A model generated the notes under the pieces. It had not been told where the DNA came from, made no database searches, and worked only from the letters and a program-made list of their open reading frames with translations. Positions 44,112-56,835 of a stretch of 64,000 bases of DNA are shown in pieces. The stretch is from Tubulanus polymorphus (lineage: Eukaryota > Animalia > Nemertea): positions 727,355-791,354 of the forward strand of contig NC_134030.1 of NCBI RefSeq assembly GCF_964204645.1. Reading direction: 5' to 3'. The position numbers and the translations under genes were made by a program. Numbering within the stretch: the first letter of the stretch is position 1; the number at the start of each line of letters is the position of its first letter.

Positions 44112-47100
44112 TCTGCGCACGAAAGATGTCAATCGATGTGATATTCTTGATTGATATATGCGATAAAATCGATGCGGCCGGATACACAAGCATGAAAAAC
44201 CTGATCAATTCAATGGGAGACGTTCTGTTAGAGAAATCATCGATGGGTCCGTTCGGAGTGCAGCTAGCAGTGGCGCAGTATTATTCCACTACGAAAAAAG
44301 CGGAACTGGCAATAAAACTGAATCAGTTCACCGACTTGGCTAGCTTCAAGGGAAAAGTGAACAGTTTGGTGAAAGATAGCGGAACGGTGTTGACTAAAGA
44401 AGAGACGAGACTGACAGACGTGGAAGAGGATGCATTGAGAGCAGTGAACGGAGCACGAGCCGCGGTTAACAAGTGAGATAGAAACCTGGGGCTGCAGGTG
44501 GTCAACAGTTGGTCAACGTTAACCGGTGGTCAACAGTTGGTCAACGTTAACCGGTGGTCAACAGTTGGTCAGAGTAAACCACTGGTCAACAGTTGGTCAA
44601 CGTTAACCAGTGATCAACAGTTGGTCAGAGTGAACCAGTGATCAACAGTTGGTCAGAGTAAACCAGTGATCAACAGTTGGTCAGAGTAAACCAGTGATCA
44701 ACAGTTGGTCAGAGTAAACCAGTGATCAACAGTTGGTCAGAGTAAACCAGTGATCAACAGTTGGTCAGAGTAAACCAGTGATCAACAGTTGGTCAGAGTA
44801 AACCAGTGATCAACAGTTGGTCAGAGTAAACCAGTGATCAACAGTTGGTCAGAGTAAACCAGTGGATATTTGACAAAGTGACTATTAAAAATTGATTGTC
44901 ACAATCCGCCGGTTATCTTTAACCAACTTTTGAAAAACTGCAGCCTCGAAATATTCAAAATACAACCCCAACACTAATCCTTAAAACCATCAGGGGTGAA
45001 GAATGGAGCTCGGGCTTTTTCCAACAATATTCCAAATACCCATAACCCCCAGCCCTTACTCTACTTCCCCCAGTTTCAAAATATCTAAAAATCCAAAACC
45101 TAATAATTTTAACCTAACCATTAGCAGCGAACGCCCGCAAACCTTAACCAAGCAGGACTCGAACCGGTGACCTGCAGTATCCCAGCCGAGCTTGCTAACC
45201 ACTAGACGATAGACCAGTAACGATAGGCGACGTTGTTAAGTCAGTCTGGTCAGTGTGGTGACCGGTGACCAGTCAGGTGTGGTGAGTGGTAACCAGTCAG
45301 GCGTGGTGACTGGTTACCAATCGTGTCAATCGTGTCAATCGTGTCAATCATTTTCTATTCACTGACAATCACATCCTTTATTTGAAGATTACTGATGTTC
45401 CAGTGACGAAACACCCCGAGTACGTGTTGTAAATAATATAAAATCCCTGCATGCTAAAAATAAAAAGAGTCTGAAATGTTACCTTATGAGCTAGTTTATT
45501 CAACGTTTCAACTATATCCTAATAGTTATCTTCAGGAATACTGTATTCCTTGAGCTAGTGTAGTTTATTCAACGTTTCAACTATATCCTAATAGTTATCT
45601 TCAGGAATACTGTATTCCTTGAGCTAGTGTAGTTTATTCAACGTTTCGACTATATCCTAATAGTCATCTTCAGCAATACTGTATTCCTTGAGCTAGTGTA
45701 GTTTATTCAACGTTTCGACTATATCCTAATAGTCATCTTCAGGAATACTGTATTCCTTGAACTAGTGTAGTTTATTCAACGTTTCGACTTTATCCTAATA
45801 GTTATCTTCAGGAATACTGTATCCCTTGAGCTAGTGTAGTTTATTCAACGTTTCGACTATATCCTAATAGTCATCTTCAGGAATACTGTATTCCTTGAAC
45901 TAGTGTAGTTTATTCAACGTTTCGACTTTATCCTAATAGTCATCTTCAGGAATACTGTATTCCTTGAGCTAGTGTAGTTTATTCAACGTATCGACTTTAT
46001 CCTAATAGTCATCTTCAGGAATACTGTATTCCTTGAGCTAGTGTAGTTTATTCAACGTTTCGACTATATCCTAATAGTCATCTTCAGGAATACTGTATTC
46101 CTTGAGCTAGTGTAGTTTATTCAACGTTTCGACTTTATCCTAATAGTCATCTTCAGGAATACTGTATTCCTTGAGCTAGTCTAGTTTATTCAACGTTTCG
46201 ACTTTATCCTAATAGTCATCTTCAGGAATACTGTATTCCTTGAGCTAGTGTAGTTTATTCAACGTTTCGACTATATCCTAATAGTCACCTTCAGGAATAC
46301 TGTATTCCTTGAGCTAGTGTAGTTTATTCAACGTTTCGACTATATCCTAATAGTCATCTTCAGGAATACTGTATTCCTTGAGCTAGTGTAGTTTATTCAA
46401 CGTATCGACTTTATCCTAATAGTCATCTTCAGGAATACTGTATTCCTTGAGCTAGTGTAGTTTATTCAACGTTTCGACTTTAACCTAATAGTCATCTTCA
46501 GGAATACTGTATTCCTTGAGCTAGTGTAGTTTATTCAACGTTTCGACTTTATCCTAATAGTCATCTTCAGGAATACTGTATCCCTTGAGCTAGTGTAGTT
46601 TATTCAACGTTTCGACTATATCCTAATAGTCATCTTCAGGAATACTGTATTCCTTGAACTAGTGTAGTTTATTCAACGTTTCGACTTTATCCTAATAGTC
46701 ATCTTCAGGAATACTGTATTCCTTGAGCTAGTGTAGTTTATTCAACGTATCGACTTTATCCTAATAGTCATCTTCAGGAATACTGTATTCCTTGAGCTAG
46801 TGTAGTTTATTCAACGTTTCGACTTTAACCTAATAGTCATCTTCAGGAATACTGTATTCCTTGAGCTAGTGTAGTTTATTCAACGTTTCGACTTTATCCT
46901 AATAGTCATCTTCAGGAATACTGTATTCCTTGAGCTAGTGTAGTTTATTCAACGTTTCGATTAGGTCTAATAGTCATCTTCAGGAATACTGTATTCCTTG
47001 AGCTAGTGTAGTTTATTCAACGTTTCGATTAGGTCTAATAGTCAGCTTCAGGCATCCTTTTCAGTATGGGGATCAGACAACACGGACTCACAGTGTTCCA

Positions 47101-50100
47101 TCAATGGTTATAACGAGGACATCAGCAGTATTCCTGAAGATGACTATTAGAATAAACTAAACTAGCTCAAGGAAACATTTCAGACTTCATTTTATTCTTA
47201 ATGTGCCGAGATTTTATATTATCTTTAAAACACGTATTCAGAATGTTTCATCCGAATAAGGACACAAGGAAACATTCCAGACTATAGCAGAAACCCGCAA
47301 TCGATGGCATCTAAGTTTATTCTAACGATTGAATATATCTAAAACTGTTTATCTAACAGGGCAATAATTATAATCACGGATGGCTACAAGGACGCTACGG
47401 ATGAGGCAGTGCCGCTGAGGGCTGCTGTTCTACAGGATCTGGGATATTACATCTACGCGGTAACTGTCGGCACCTATCCGAACACTGACCTGATAAATAA
47501 AATCACCAATTCGAAGGAGAACATTCTGAACGTTCCCTCCGCGACCGACGCCGAATTTAACAATATCAAAAATCAACTGCTACTAAAAACGTGCTCGGTC
47601 GGTAAGTACAGGCAGGTTGAAATTATCGAGAAAAAAAAATCATATATCATTAAATTATTGAACGTTTTGTAAATTCATTTAGACTTTTGTATTTTACCGA
47701 TACAAATACTTTAAAGGTTTAAGCGCTATGTGTTTGTATTGAAATATTGATCCAGTTAATGTGCAATGTACACATTATATATTTGTAATTATATATATAC
47801 ATTCCTAAGATAAAGTCGGGGGTTGATTGCCTTGTGTCAGGGGGCTGCAGTTGCTAAAAAGGTTGGTTGAGGTTGAATATTGACATAGTCCCTTATTAAA
47901 CTACGTGATTATTATGGTATCGATCTAACAGTTTAAAACTTTAACCAACCCTTTGCCATGTATAGCCTTAGTTTTACAGAATAGAATTTTACCTGAAGTT
48001 TATATTTCGATATAATTTATCAATTTCAAATTATTCTTTTTTTAAATTTTACAGCTGCCGCAGAATCAACATGTGAGTTTACAACGAATAATTCATAAAG
48101 AAAATACTAAAAAAATTCATAAAGAATGAATCATGAATATTTGATATTATCGATTAGTAGCTTGTTGAGAATTATAATGTCTAGATATCTAGAATGATTT
48201 TAAATCAAATTCGAGATCTTTTATTCTATCGGACCGGGGTTCCACAATTAGATGTGGCGAATCCAGAAATGTGGAACTGGATCCAGAACTGTAGAACTGA
48301 ACTCAGAACTGTGGAACTGGGTTCAGAACTGTGGAACTGGGTTAAGAACTGTGGAACTGAACTCAGAACTGTGGAACTGGCTCCAGTACTGTAGTACTGA
48401 ACTCAGAACTGTGGAACTGGGTTCAGAACTGTGGAACTGAACTCAGAACTGTGGAACTGGCTCCAGTACTGTAGTACTGAACTCAGAACTGTGGAGCTTG
48501 GTTCAGAACTGTGGAGCTTGCTTCAGACCTGTCGTACTGAACTCAGAACTGTGGAACTGGGTCCAGAACTGTGGAACTAGCTCCAGTACTGTGGAGCTTG
48601 GTTCACCCCTGTCGTACTGAACTCAGAACTGTGGAACTGGCTCCAGTACTGTAGAACTGAACTCAGAACTGTGGAGCTGGGTTCAGACCTGTCGTACTGA
48701 ACCAGAACTGTGGAACTGGGTTCAGAACTGTGGAACTAGCTCCAGTACTGTAGTATTGAACCAGAACTGTGGAACTGGGTTCAGAACTGTGGAACTGAAC
48801 TCAGAACTGTGGAACTGAACTCAGAACTGTGGAGCTGGGTTCAGACCTGTCGTACTGAACCAGAACTGTGGAACTGGGTTCAGAACTGTGGAACTAGCTC
48901 CAGTACTGTAGTACTGAACCAGAACTGTGGAACTGGGTTCAGAACTGTGGAACTGAACTCAGAACTGTGGAACTGAACTCAGAACTGTGGAGCTGGGTTC
49001 AGACCTGTCGTACTGAACTCAGAACTGTGGAGCTTGGTTCAGACCTGTCGTACTGAACTCAGAACTGTGGAGCTGGGTTCAGAACTGTGGAACTGAGTCC
49101 AATAATTGTGGAACTGGGACCGATCAACTAGTTTATATTTTGATCATCTCGTTGTCCTCTTTCAGTTTCATGTAAACCTGTTGACGTCATATTTGTTCTC
49201 GACCAATCGATATCGGCGGACAATCGTGTATACGCTCGCAGTTTCATCATACGAGTCATCAATGACGTCATCACTAATGTCGGACCAAACGGTGCACAAG
49301 TTGGTAGGTTTGTTACACCAGGGGGCAGTTGTAACGATTAAGTTAAACTTATATTTTTAGCTTAATTGGTGTTGGTTGAAATTCATGTTTTCGATAAGGA
49401 CGAAACCATTCAAACTCAACCTTTGAAACTTCCCGAATCTCGACTGATTCCGACGAGAATTAGAAACAAATACGATTTTCTGTGTTAGAATCCTGGATGC
49501 CTTTCTATGAATATTCACGATGAAAATTGCACAGTATAATTATTTGATATTTTGTGATACAGGTTTGATAATGTATTTGATATTGTCTGATACAGGTTTG
49601 ATAATGTATTTGATATTGTCTGATACAGGTTTGATAATGTATTTCATATTTTGAGATACAGGTTTGATAATGTATTTGATATTGTCTGATACAGGTTTGA
49701 TAATGTATTTCATATTTTGGGATACAGGTTTGATAATGTATTTCATATTTTGAGATACAGGTTTGATAATGTATTTGATATTGTCTGATACAGGTTTGAT
49801 AATGTATTTGATATTTTGGGATACAGGTTTGATAATGTATTTGATATTGTCTGATACAGGTTTGATAATGTATTTGATATTGTCTGATACAGGTTTGATA
49901 ATGTATTTCATATTTTGAGATACAGGTTTGATAATGTATTTGATATTGTCTGATACAGGTTTGATAATGTATTTGATATTTTGGGATACAGGTTTGGTAA
50001 TTTATGGTAACGCGATAAAAACAGTCTTCAATTTGAAAAACTTCACGACTAAAGCTGATTTAGTAAACGCAGTAAATGGAGAGGTAAATCAACAAATCAT

Positions 50101-52126
50101 AAATTCTCTTAAATCAATTCGATTTATCAGATCCTCTTCAAGGGCCACCCAGTTTCTGGAAGTGGTTGTTTTCTCCGTCGCTTTAACGATCCTAGCCCAT
50201 ACCAACCTGTGGTGACATCAAATAATAAGGGACTTGATCAATATCACAAAAAAGAATTATTTACATCTCAAGGCGATAAACTGATTTTTGTAAAACTGGT
50301 TGAATTTAGAGAAACTTTGTAAGAATTGAATATATATCAATAAGTTTGTATTGTTTACAGTGGGCTGCAGTCGGTAAGTTCGGTTCTGATATCGGAGGTG
50401 GTTTACTGAGAGCTGTTGAGATATTTAAAACACCTGATCTCGGAGGTAGAACTGACGCTCAAAAACTTGTCATAATGACATTTGACGGTCAGGCTAAAAA
50501 TGGCAATACGGTGAATATTACTTCATTAAAGTTTACGTTGATTTGTCGCTCATTTGAATAGATTATGCAAATTCATGTGAATAATTTATGCAAATTATAT
50601 TCACGTTTAAGTTGACGGACGCGGCGAATAAACTAAAAGAATTGAAAGCGGTTCGGGTTGTGGTAGACATGAACGCAAGGCCGCCAGTACCTTTCCAAGA
50701 TAAACAGTTAGCTGAGGCAGCAGGAATTGCAACTGTTACTGGTGGTGAAGGGTCCGATAGCGCTACTGGTAATCTAGCTGCTTATATCAACCCTCCGTCT
50801 AAAATCGAGTCCGTGGTCAGTCAAATCGAGGGTATCACAACATCTAAATTCTGTGGTAAGTTTTCTTTATTTTGACAATTATAATAGGGTTCAAGCCCAG
50901 GACATCCCTATATATTCTCTATACTATTTCTGCACCACTCTGAACCGGTATCAGTAATTACCGGGTTCGAACCAGGGACACCCCTGTACAACCTCTATTC
51001 AGCATCAGGACCAATCTGAATCAGTGTCAGTAATTACCGGGTTCGAACCCGGGACATCCTGTACATCCTCTATTCAGCATCAGGACCACTCTGAATCAGT
51101 GTCAGTAATTACTGGGTTCGAACCCGGGACACCCCTGTACATCCTCTATTCAGCATCAGGACCACTCTGAATAAGTGTCAGTAATTACTAGGTTTGAACC
51201 CGGGACACCCCTGTACATCCTCTATTCGTAGTTGGCATAATTCCAATATATGGCGAAATTATCCTTGTTCCATAGTTGAACTGGATACAGAATATTTGAA
51301 ATTCATTCCATATTGTATTTTGTTTTGTCCGCAGTTGCGTCATGTAAACAACCGCTGGATGTTGTATTTGTATTCGATCAGTCGATCTCAGCAAGTAATA
51401 AACTACAGCACACTCTTAACTTTGTGAAAAGTCTCATCAATGACGTGTTCACTACAATTGGACCAAGCGGTGTTCAAGTCGGTAAGATTCACTCAATCCG
51501 TAAAGATGATCTCATTTTGATAAATCTCCAATTCCCTGCTGGAATTTATTAAGATGTTTCAATACTTAATTAGCAAAACCCACAGTTGATGATATAACAG
51601 TTTATTTCTGACAGTTTTAGAGGTTTGAACTATATTTCATCATCAGAGCAATGAAAATAATGATTATTTTCATTTCATTTCTCTCTGATGATGAGTTTAA
51701 GTCGAAACCGTGAAACTTTTAGAATAAACTGTTGTATCATCAACTGTGAATACATCAATCATTATCTGCTTGTTTCCTTTAAACTTCGGGACTCATTTTG
51801 TGTCTGTGATTTGTAGGTTTGATATTGTACGGAAATCAAGTAGCGAAACAATTTGATTTGAATAAGTACAAAACGAAAGCCGAATTGATAACAGCAATAA
51901 CTACACCGGTCAGTTAGTGCATCATCTAAACTATCATCTCGGCCGTCTTAACTCTGTCTTCCTTTCTCTAGATCTCTCCCGCGCTACCTTCCCTTTCTCC
52001 CCTCCCTCCCTCCCTCCCTCCCTCCCTCCCTCCCTCCCTCCCTCCCCTCCCCTCCCTCCCTCCCTCCCTCCCTCCCTCCCTCCCTCCCTCCCTCCCTCCC
52101 TCCCTCCCTCCCTCCCTCCTCCTCTC

Positions 52127-52214
<88 letters not shown>

Positions 52215-55200
52215 TCTCCCTCACTCGTTGCCGTCTCTCTCATCTCCATTCTCTAGACTCCCACTTTCTCTCCCTGTCACTTTCCCCTATTCTGTTCAAC
52301 CTTCTCCTCTTTACTACTTCCCTTCTTTACTCTCTCCTCATTCTCCTTATACCCCATCTCATCTTTCCTCTCCCATAACTCCGCTCACCGCTCTCCTCTC
52401 TCCTCACTCCTAAGCTCTTTAACTACATCATCCATTCCGAAATTCAGTCTACCAATACTCCAAAGTGAATTACATCTGTTTACATAATATTTTCTTGTAA
52501 CAGGTGACTGCTAATACTGGTCAGTTCGGTTCAGCAGTCGGATCTGGTTTAGAGGAGGCGGTTTACCATGTTTAACGGAGGCAGAAAAGACGCTCGCAAA
52601 CTTGTCGTAATTAACATTTGACGGTCAGGCTAAAGATGGTACTAAGGTGAATATTACTAAGAAATATATGTGTAAGACTAATCGATCAATGTTGACTCGC
52701 TAATTTGAATAGATTATGCAAATTCGTGTGAATAATTTATGCAAATGATATTCACGTTAAGTTGACGGACGCGGCGAATAAATTAAATGAAATGAAAGTG
52801 GTTCGGGTTGTGATTGATATTAATGAAAGGCCTCCAGTACCTTTTCAAGATAACAGTTAGCGCAAGCAGCTGGCATTAAAACTGTAACTGCTGGTGTAGG
52901 ATCCGATAGCGTAACTGGTAGTTTCGCTGCATTTATCAACCCTCCTGATAAACTTACCGCGTTGGTTCCCAAAGGTAAAAGCACTCACAAGAGGTCAACT
53001 TTGTGGTAGGTTTTTCACAAGAGTGATTTCGGTTGTGTTTATTTCCATTTTATAAGTAATTCGCGCGCTCGTCGTTTCGTTACCAGTTCCACCACCTCCA
53101 CCGGAAATCAAGTGTAAACCGCTGGATGTTGTATTTGTATTCGATCAGTCGATTTCGGCGAGTAATAAACTACAGCACACTCTAAACTTTGTGAAAAGTC
53201 TCATCAATGACGTGTTCACCACGATTGGACCAAGCGGTGTTCAAGTCGGTAAGATTCATTCAATCCGTAAAGATGATCTCATTTTGATAAGTCTCCAATT
53301 CCCTGCTGGAATTTATTAAGATGTTTCATACTTAATTAGCAAAACCCACAGTTGATGATATAACAGTTTATTCTGACAGTTTTAGAGGTTTAAACTATAT
53401 TTCATCATCAGAGCAATGAAAATAATGATTATTTTCATTTTTATTTCTCTCTGATGATGAGTTTAAGTCGAAACCGTGAAACTGTTAGAATAAACTGTTG
53501 TATCATCAACTGTGAATACATCAATCGTTTATCTGTTTGTTTTCTTGTAAACTTTGGGACTCATTTTGTGTCTGTGATTTGTAGGTTTGATATTATACGG
53601 AAATCAAGTAGCGAAACAATTTGATTTGAATAAGTACAAAACGAAAGCCGAATGATAACAGCAATAACTACACCGGTCAGTTAGTGCATCATCTCCCTCC
53701 CTTCCCTCCCTCCTCCCTCCCTCCCTCCCTCCCTCCCTCCCTCCCTCCTCCCTCCCTCCCTCCCCTCTCTTCATGCTCGCCCTAATACCCTCTACCATTT
53801 CATCATCCTCATCATCGTTATTATCATCATCATCGATATCACTGACGGATGAAGGCCTAGTATAGGCCTATTTGTGTTCGTCATTTTACCATAGTTCTAA
53901 TTCTTCTATCATCTCTTATCTCTTCATTCAGGTCATTGCTTAATTCTTTACCGATTCAATTTACTATATATATATACCTTACACCAATACCTTTTTATAA
54001 TATATGTTTACATCTGTTATGTTGTAACAGGTGACTGCTAATACTGGCCAGTTCGGTTCAGCAGTCGGATCTGGTTTAGAGGAGGCGGTTACCATGTTTA
54101 ACGGAGGCAGAAAAGACGCTCGCAAACTTGTCGTATTAACATTTGACGGTCAGGCTAAAGATGGGCACTAAGGTGAATATTACTAAGAAATATATGTGTA
54201 AGACTAATCGATCAATGTTGAATCGCTAATTTGAATAGATCATGCAAATTCGTGTGAATAATTTATGCAAATTATATTCACGTTTAAGTTGACGGACGCG
54301 GCGAATAAATTGAATGAAATGAAAGTGTTCGGGTTGTGATTGATATTAATGGAAAGGCCTCCAGTACCTTTTCAAGATAAACAGTTAGCGCAAGCAGCTG
54401 GCATTAAAACTGTAACTGCTGGTGTAGGATCCGATAGCGTAACTGGTAGTTTCGCTGCATTCATCAACCCTCCTGATAAACTTGCCGCGTTGGTTCCGAA
54501 AATGAAAACGCTCACAAGAGGTCAACTTTGTGGTAGGTTTTCGATAATCATGCATCTAATTCGTCTTCATTTATTTCACCACATCCAGCGCCATCTAGCG
54601 TTTAGAATACCACATTATTGGCCTTCCTCTATATCTTGTATTTCAGTGGCGCTACCTACTACCGGACAACCTGGACCAGTTGGACCACCGCCCAGTAAGT
54701 ACACACCCTGGACCACGGTTCGACAGTTCTCCCGTTCCGATGGAAATGAACTGTGGGGCCGAATATCGGTTAACCGCACACTAGCGCACCTAGCGGATCC
54801 TCACGTGCCAGTGTGTGCAATTTCAAGTATACTCTGTTTCAGAATGCAGTAAAATCGACGTGTTGATAGGGTGCGACGCTTCCGGTAGTATCTCGGCTTC
54901 TGATTGGTCAGTTATGATGAAGATGGTGACAGAAACCGTTAAACTATTGTTCGGCGCTAAGAAAAATATACGTGTCGGATTTTACGCCTTCGCCGTTAAA
55001 CCTAGTTTACTGGTTCCGTTAAGCAAAGGATTAAACGCGGCGGATGTGGAGAAGGTTATATCGGCAGATAAGGTACGTTATAAGCCGTTCCTAAATATTG
55101 TGACCTCTAATACTGCCAACAGTAATGTAATTTGGCTATCGCCATACTAGCCTATCCCCCTATGACATCATCACTTACCTACCATGTCCCTGATAAGAAT

Positions 55201-55781
55201 ATCCCAGTGAAGAATGGATCGTCTCTATATCCCCCAATGACATCATCATAACAAGTTGGATTCATCAATTTGAATTGATGATATTTTACATTCATATGAG
55301 TTTTACCTGAGGTGTATTCAGGCAGGGAGGGGGTCACGTGTACTAAGGGCCTTGGTGGATTATTTACGAATTTGTTGATATCATGCATTGGACTTGGATT
55401 TGAGTTAGATCATTGAGAATGAATCAACTTTAGATCATTGAAGATGAAAACTCAAACTTCTCAACTTCTATATATTGTAAATGTTTATCTCAGCCGCGAA
55501 GACTCGGATACGGAACTGCTACAAGTCGTATGTTACGCGATGCCTCCATTAACGGTTTCAATACTGATAACGGCGCGCGCAATGACAGCAGTAAAGTTAT
55601 GATTGTTGTCTACGACGGAGTGTCAAGGTCGGCGAACTGGGTGAAGGCGGCAGCCGATGAGCTGGCAGCTAAAGGAGTGATGAACATAGCTGTCGCAACA
55701 CCGGGAGTCGGCAATGCGAAGGAATTCGATTATATCGCCGGAAAAACTGGTAAGAGCGCGGGAGAGGGAGAGCCAGGAGAG

Positions 55782-55818
<37 letters not shown>

Positions 55819-56542
55819 AGAGGGGATGGGAGGGGAGGGAGAGGGAGAGCCAGGAGAGGGAGAGCCAGGAGAGGGAGAGGGGGAGGGATAGCCAGGAAAG
55901 GGAGAGGCAGAGGGAGAGGGGGAGGGATAGCCAGGAGAGGGAGAGGGAGAGAGGGAAAGCTGGGAGAGGGAGAGAGGGAGAAGGAGAGGGGGATAGCCAG
56001 GAAAGGGAGAGGGAGATGGAGAGGGAGAGGGAGAGGGAGAGGGAGAGGGAGCGGGAGCGGGAGCGGGAGCGGGAGCGGGAGCGGGAGCGGGAGCGGGAGA
56101 GGGAGCGGGAGCGGGAGAGGGAGGCGGGAGCGGGAGCGGGAGCGGGAGCGGGAGCGGGAGGGGAGCGGGAGCGGGAGAGGGAGAGGAGAGGGAGAGGGAG
56201 AGGGAGAGGGAGAGGGAGAGGGAGAGGGAGAGGGAGAGGGAGAGGGAGAGAGAGAGGGAGAGGGAGAGGGAGAGGGGGGAGAGGGAGAGGGAGAGGGAGG
56301 AGGGAGAGGGAGAGGGAGAGGAGAGGTGATATTACCATACCCGATGAGTGTGAGACTTAAAAATGAGGCTGTTCTTTGTTTCAGGTGATAAATTTGTAAA
56401 CAGCACCGCTGGCAAGAATAAATGGGACGGATATCCGGCTAAAATAGTTGAACTCGTTGATAAAGTTTGTTTCGAAATAAGTGAAAAATCGTTGTCCGAT
56501 CTACTGTCACATTGTAACATTTGCAAACTATTTGAATATTGA
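44112..56542 (+). CDS. Multi-VWA protein (5 vWA domains; collagen VI/matrilin-like modules); first exon(s) not identified. Approximate exons: 44112-44472, 47360-47601, 48055-48072, 49166-49304, 49992-50083, 50361-50510, 50612-50855, 51335-51481, 51817-51908, 52504-52646, 52762-53005, 53087-53248, 53585-53675, 54031-54172, 54289-54532, 54647-54694, 54843-55072, 55494-55749, 56385-56542
   Basis: Repeated C..DV(I/V)F(V/L).D.S.S starts (DQSIS three times, DASGS), GxQVGLxxYG, FxLxxY, GGRxDAxKLVxxTFDG, IITDG, and terminal Cys; consistent splice phases; several single-base indels in domains 3-4; AATAAA at 56554. Confidence 0.85.
44500..44866. repeat. 28-bp minisatellite x13 inside a Harbinger-like MITE
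   Basis: tcaacagttggtcagagtaaaccagtga. Confidence 0.88.
45152..45215 (-). mobile_element. tRNA-derived SINE head
   Basis: GGTCTATCGTCTAGTGGTTAG (A box)..GGTTCGAGTCC (B box); no acceptor stem. Confidence 0.55.
45488..47052 (-). ncRNA. Tandem array of 23 x 69-bp minimal type I hammerhead ribozyme units (Penelope-like-element type)
   Basis: Minus-strand unit UAUUC-CUGAAGA-U-GACUAU(UAGGAU)AUAGUC-GAAA-CG-UU^GAAUA: core, stem II, palindromic AACGUU stem III and helix I; G-C to A-U covariation in some copies. Confidence 0.75.
48262..49120. repeat. 20-bp minisatellite, about 43 copies, reverse orientation of the same family
   Basis: agaactgtggaactgaactc variants. Confidence 0.9.
49535..49996 (+). 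repeat. 33-bp minisatellite x14 made of a splice-acceptor junction
   Basis: ataatgtatttgatattgtctgatacag|gtttg; the last unit is the real acceptor of the VWA exon at 49992. Confidence 0.9.
50885..51228 (-). repeat. Tandem array (about 4.5 x 75-76 bp) of the same SINE-head-like unit
   Basis: gggttcgaacccgggacacccctgtacatcctctattcagcatcaggaccactctgaatcag repeated. Confidence 0.75.
51581..51748. mobile_element. Inverted pair of degenerate Penelope-type hammerhead/pLTR ends (duplicated at about 53347-53513)
   Basis: cacagttgatgatataacagttt...aaactgttgtatcatcaactgtg inverted flanks; CTGATGATG..CGAAAC on plus and CTGATGATG on minus. Confidence 0.45.
55760..56325. repeat. Polypurine (GGGAGA/GGGAGC)n tract; complementary CT tracts at 11355-11600, 13057-13357, 21750-21895, 51990-52220, 53692-53772
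   Basis: Direct inspection. Confidence 0.9.
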
Positions 56543-56835
56543 ACTTGAAATGAAATAAATGAATATCACAGATCCACAGATATCGGTGGGGGATTCATTC
56601 AGTGTTCATTTCATTGACCGTGTTTCTGTACCGTCTTGTGGGGTGACTGGCCTCAAGGGGGTGAATGTAATCACTTTCGGTGGGGTGCAATTCTTTGATC
56701 TGTGTAATGTTAACTTTTTGAAATTAACAAGTTTGCTTATTTCAACAAGTTAAATGGCCAGATTCACCCCGTTTTGGCCACAGTCACTCCTGCACGACGG
56801 TAGTTCTCTGAGCTCTCCACCCTGACAATTGATAG

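Noticed and set aside
45488-47052. CRISPR array
   Set aside because: Units are contiguous near-identical repeats with no unique spacers, there are no cas genes, and the context is eukaryotic; the same applies to the other arrays
50885-51228. Tandem tRNA genes
   Set aside because: B box present, but no acceptor stem, valid T-stem or anticodon arm
55714-56388. RE/RG/LP-rich ORFs
   Set aside because: Read-through of intronic GA/CT tracts; same for 11270-11638, 13068-13362 and 51917-52413
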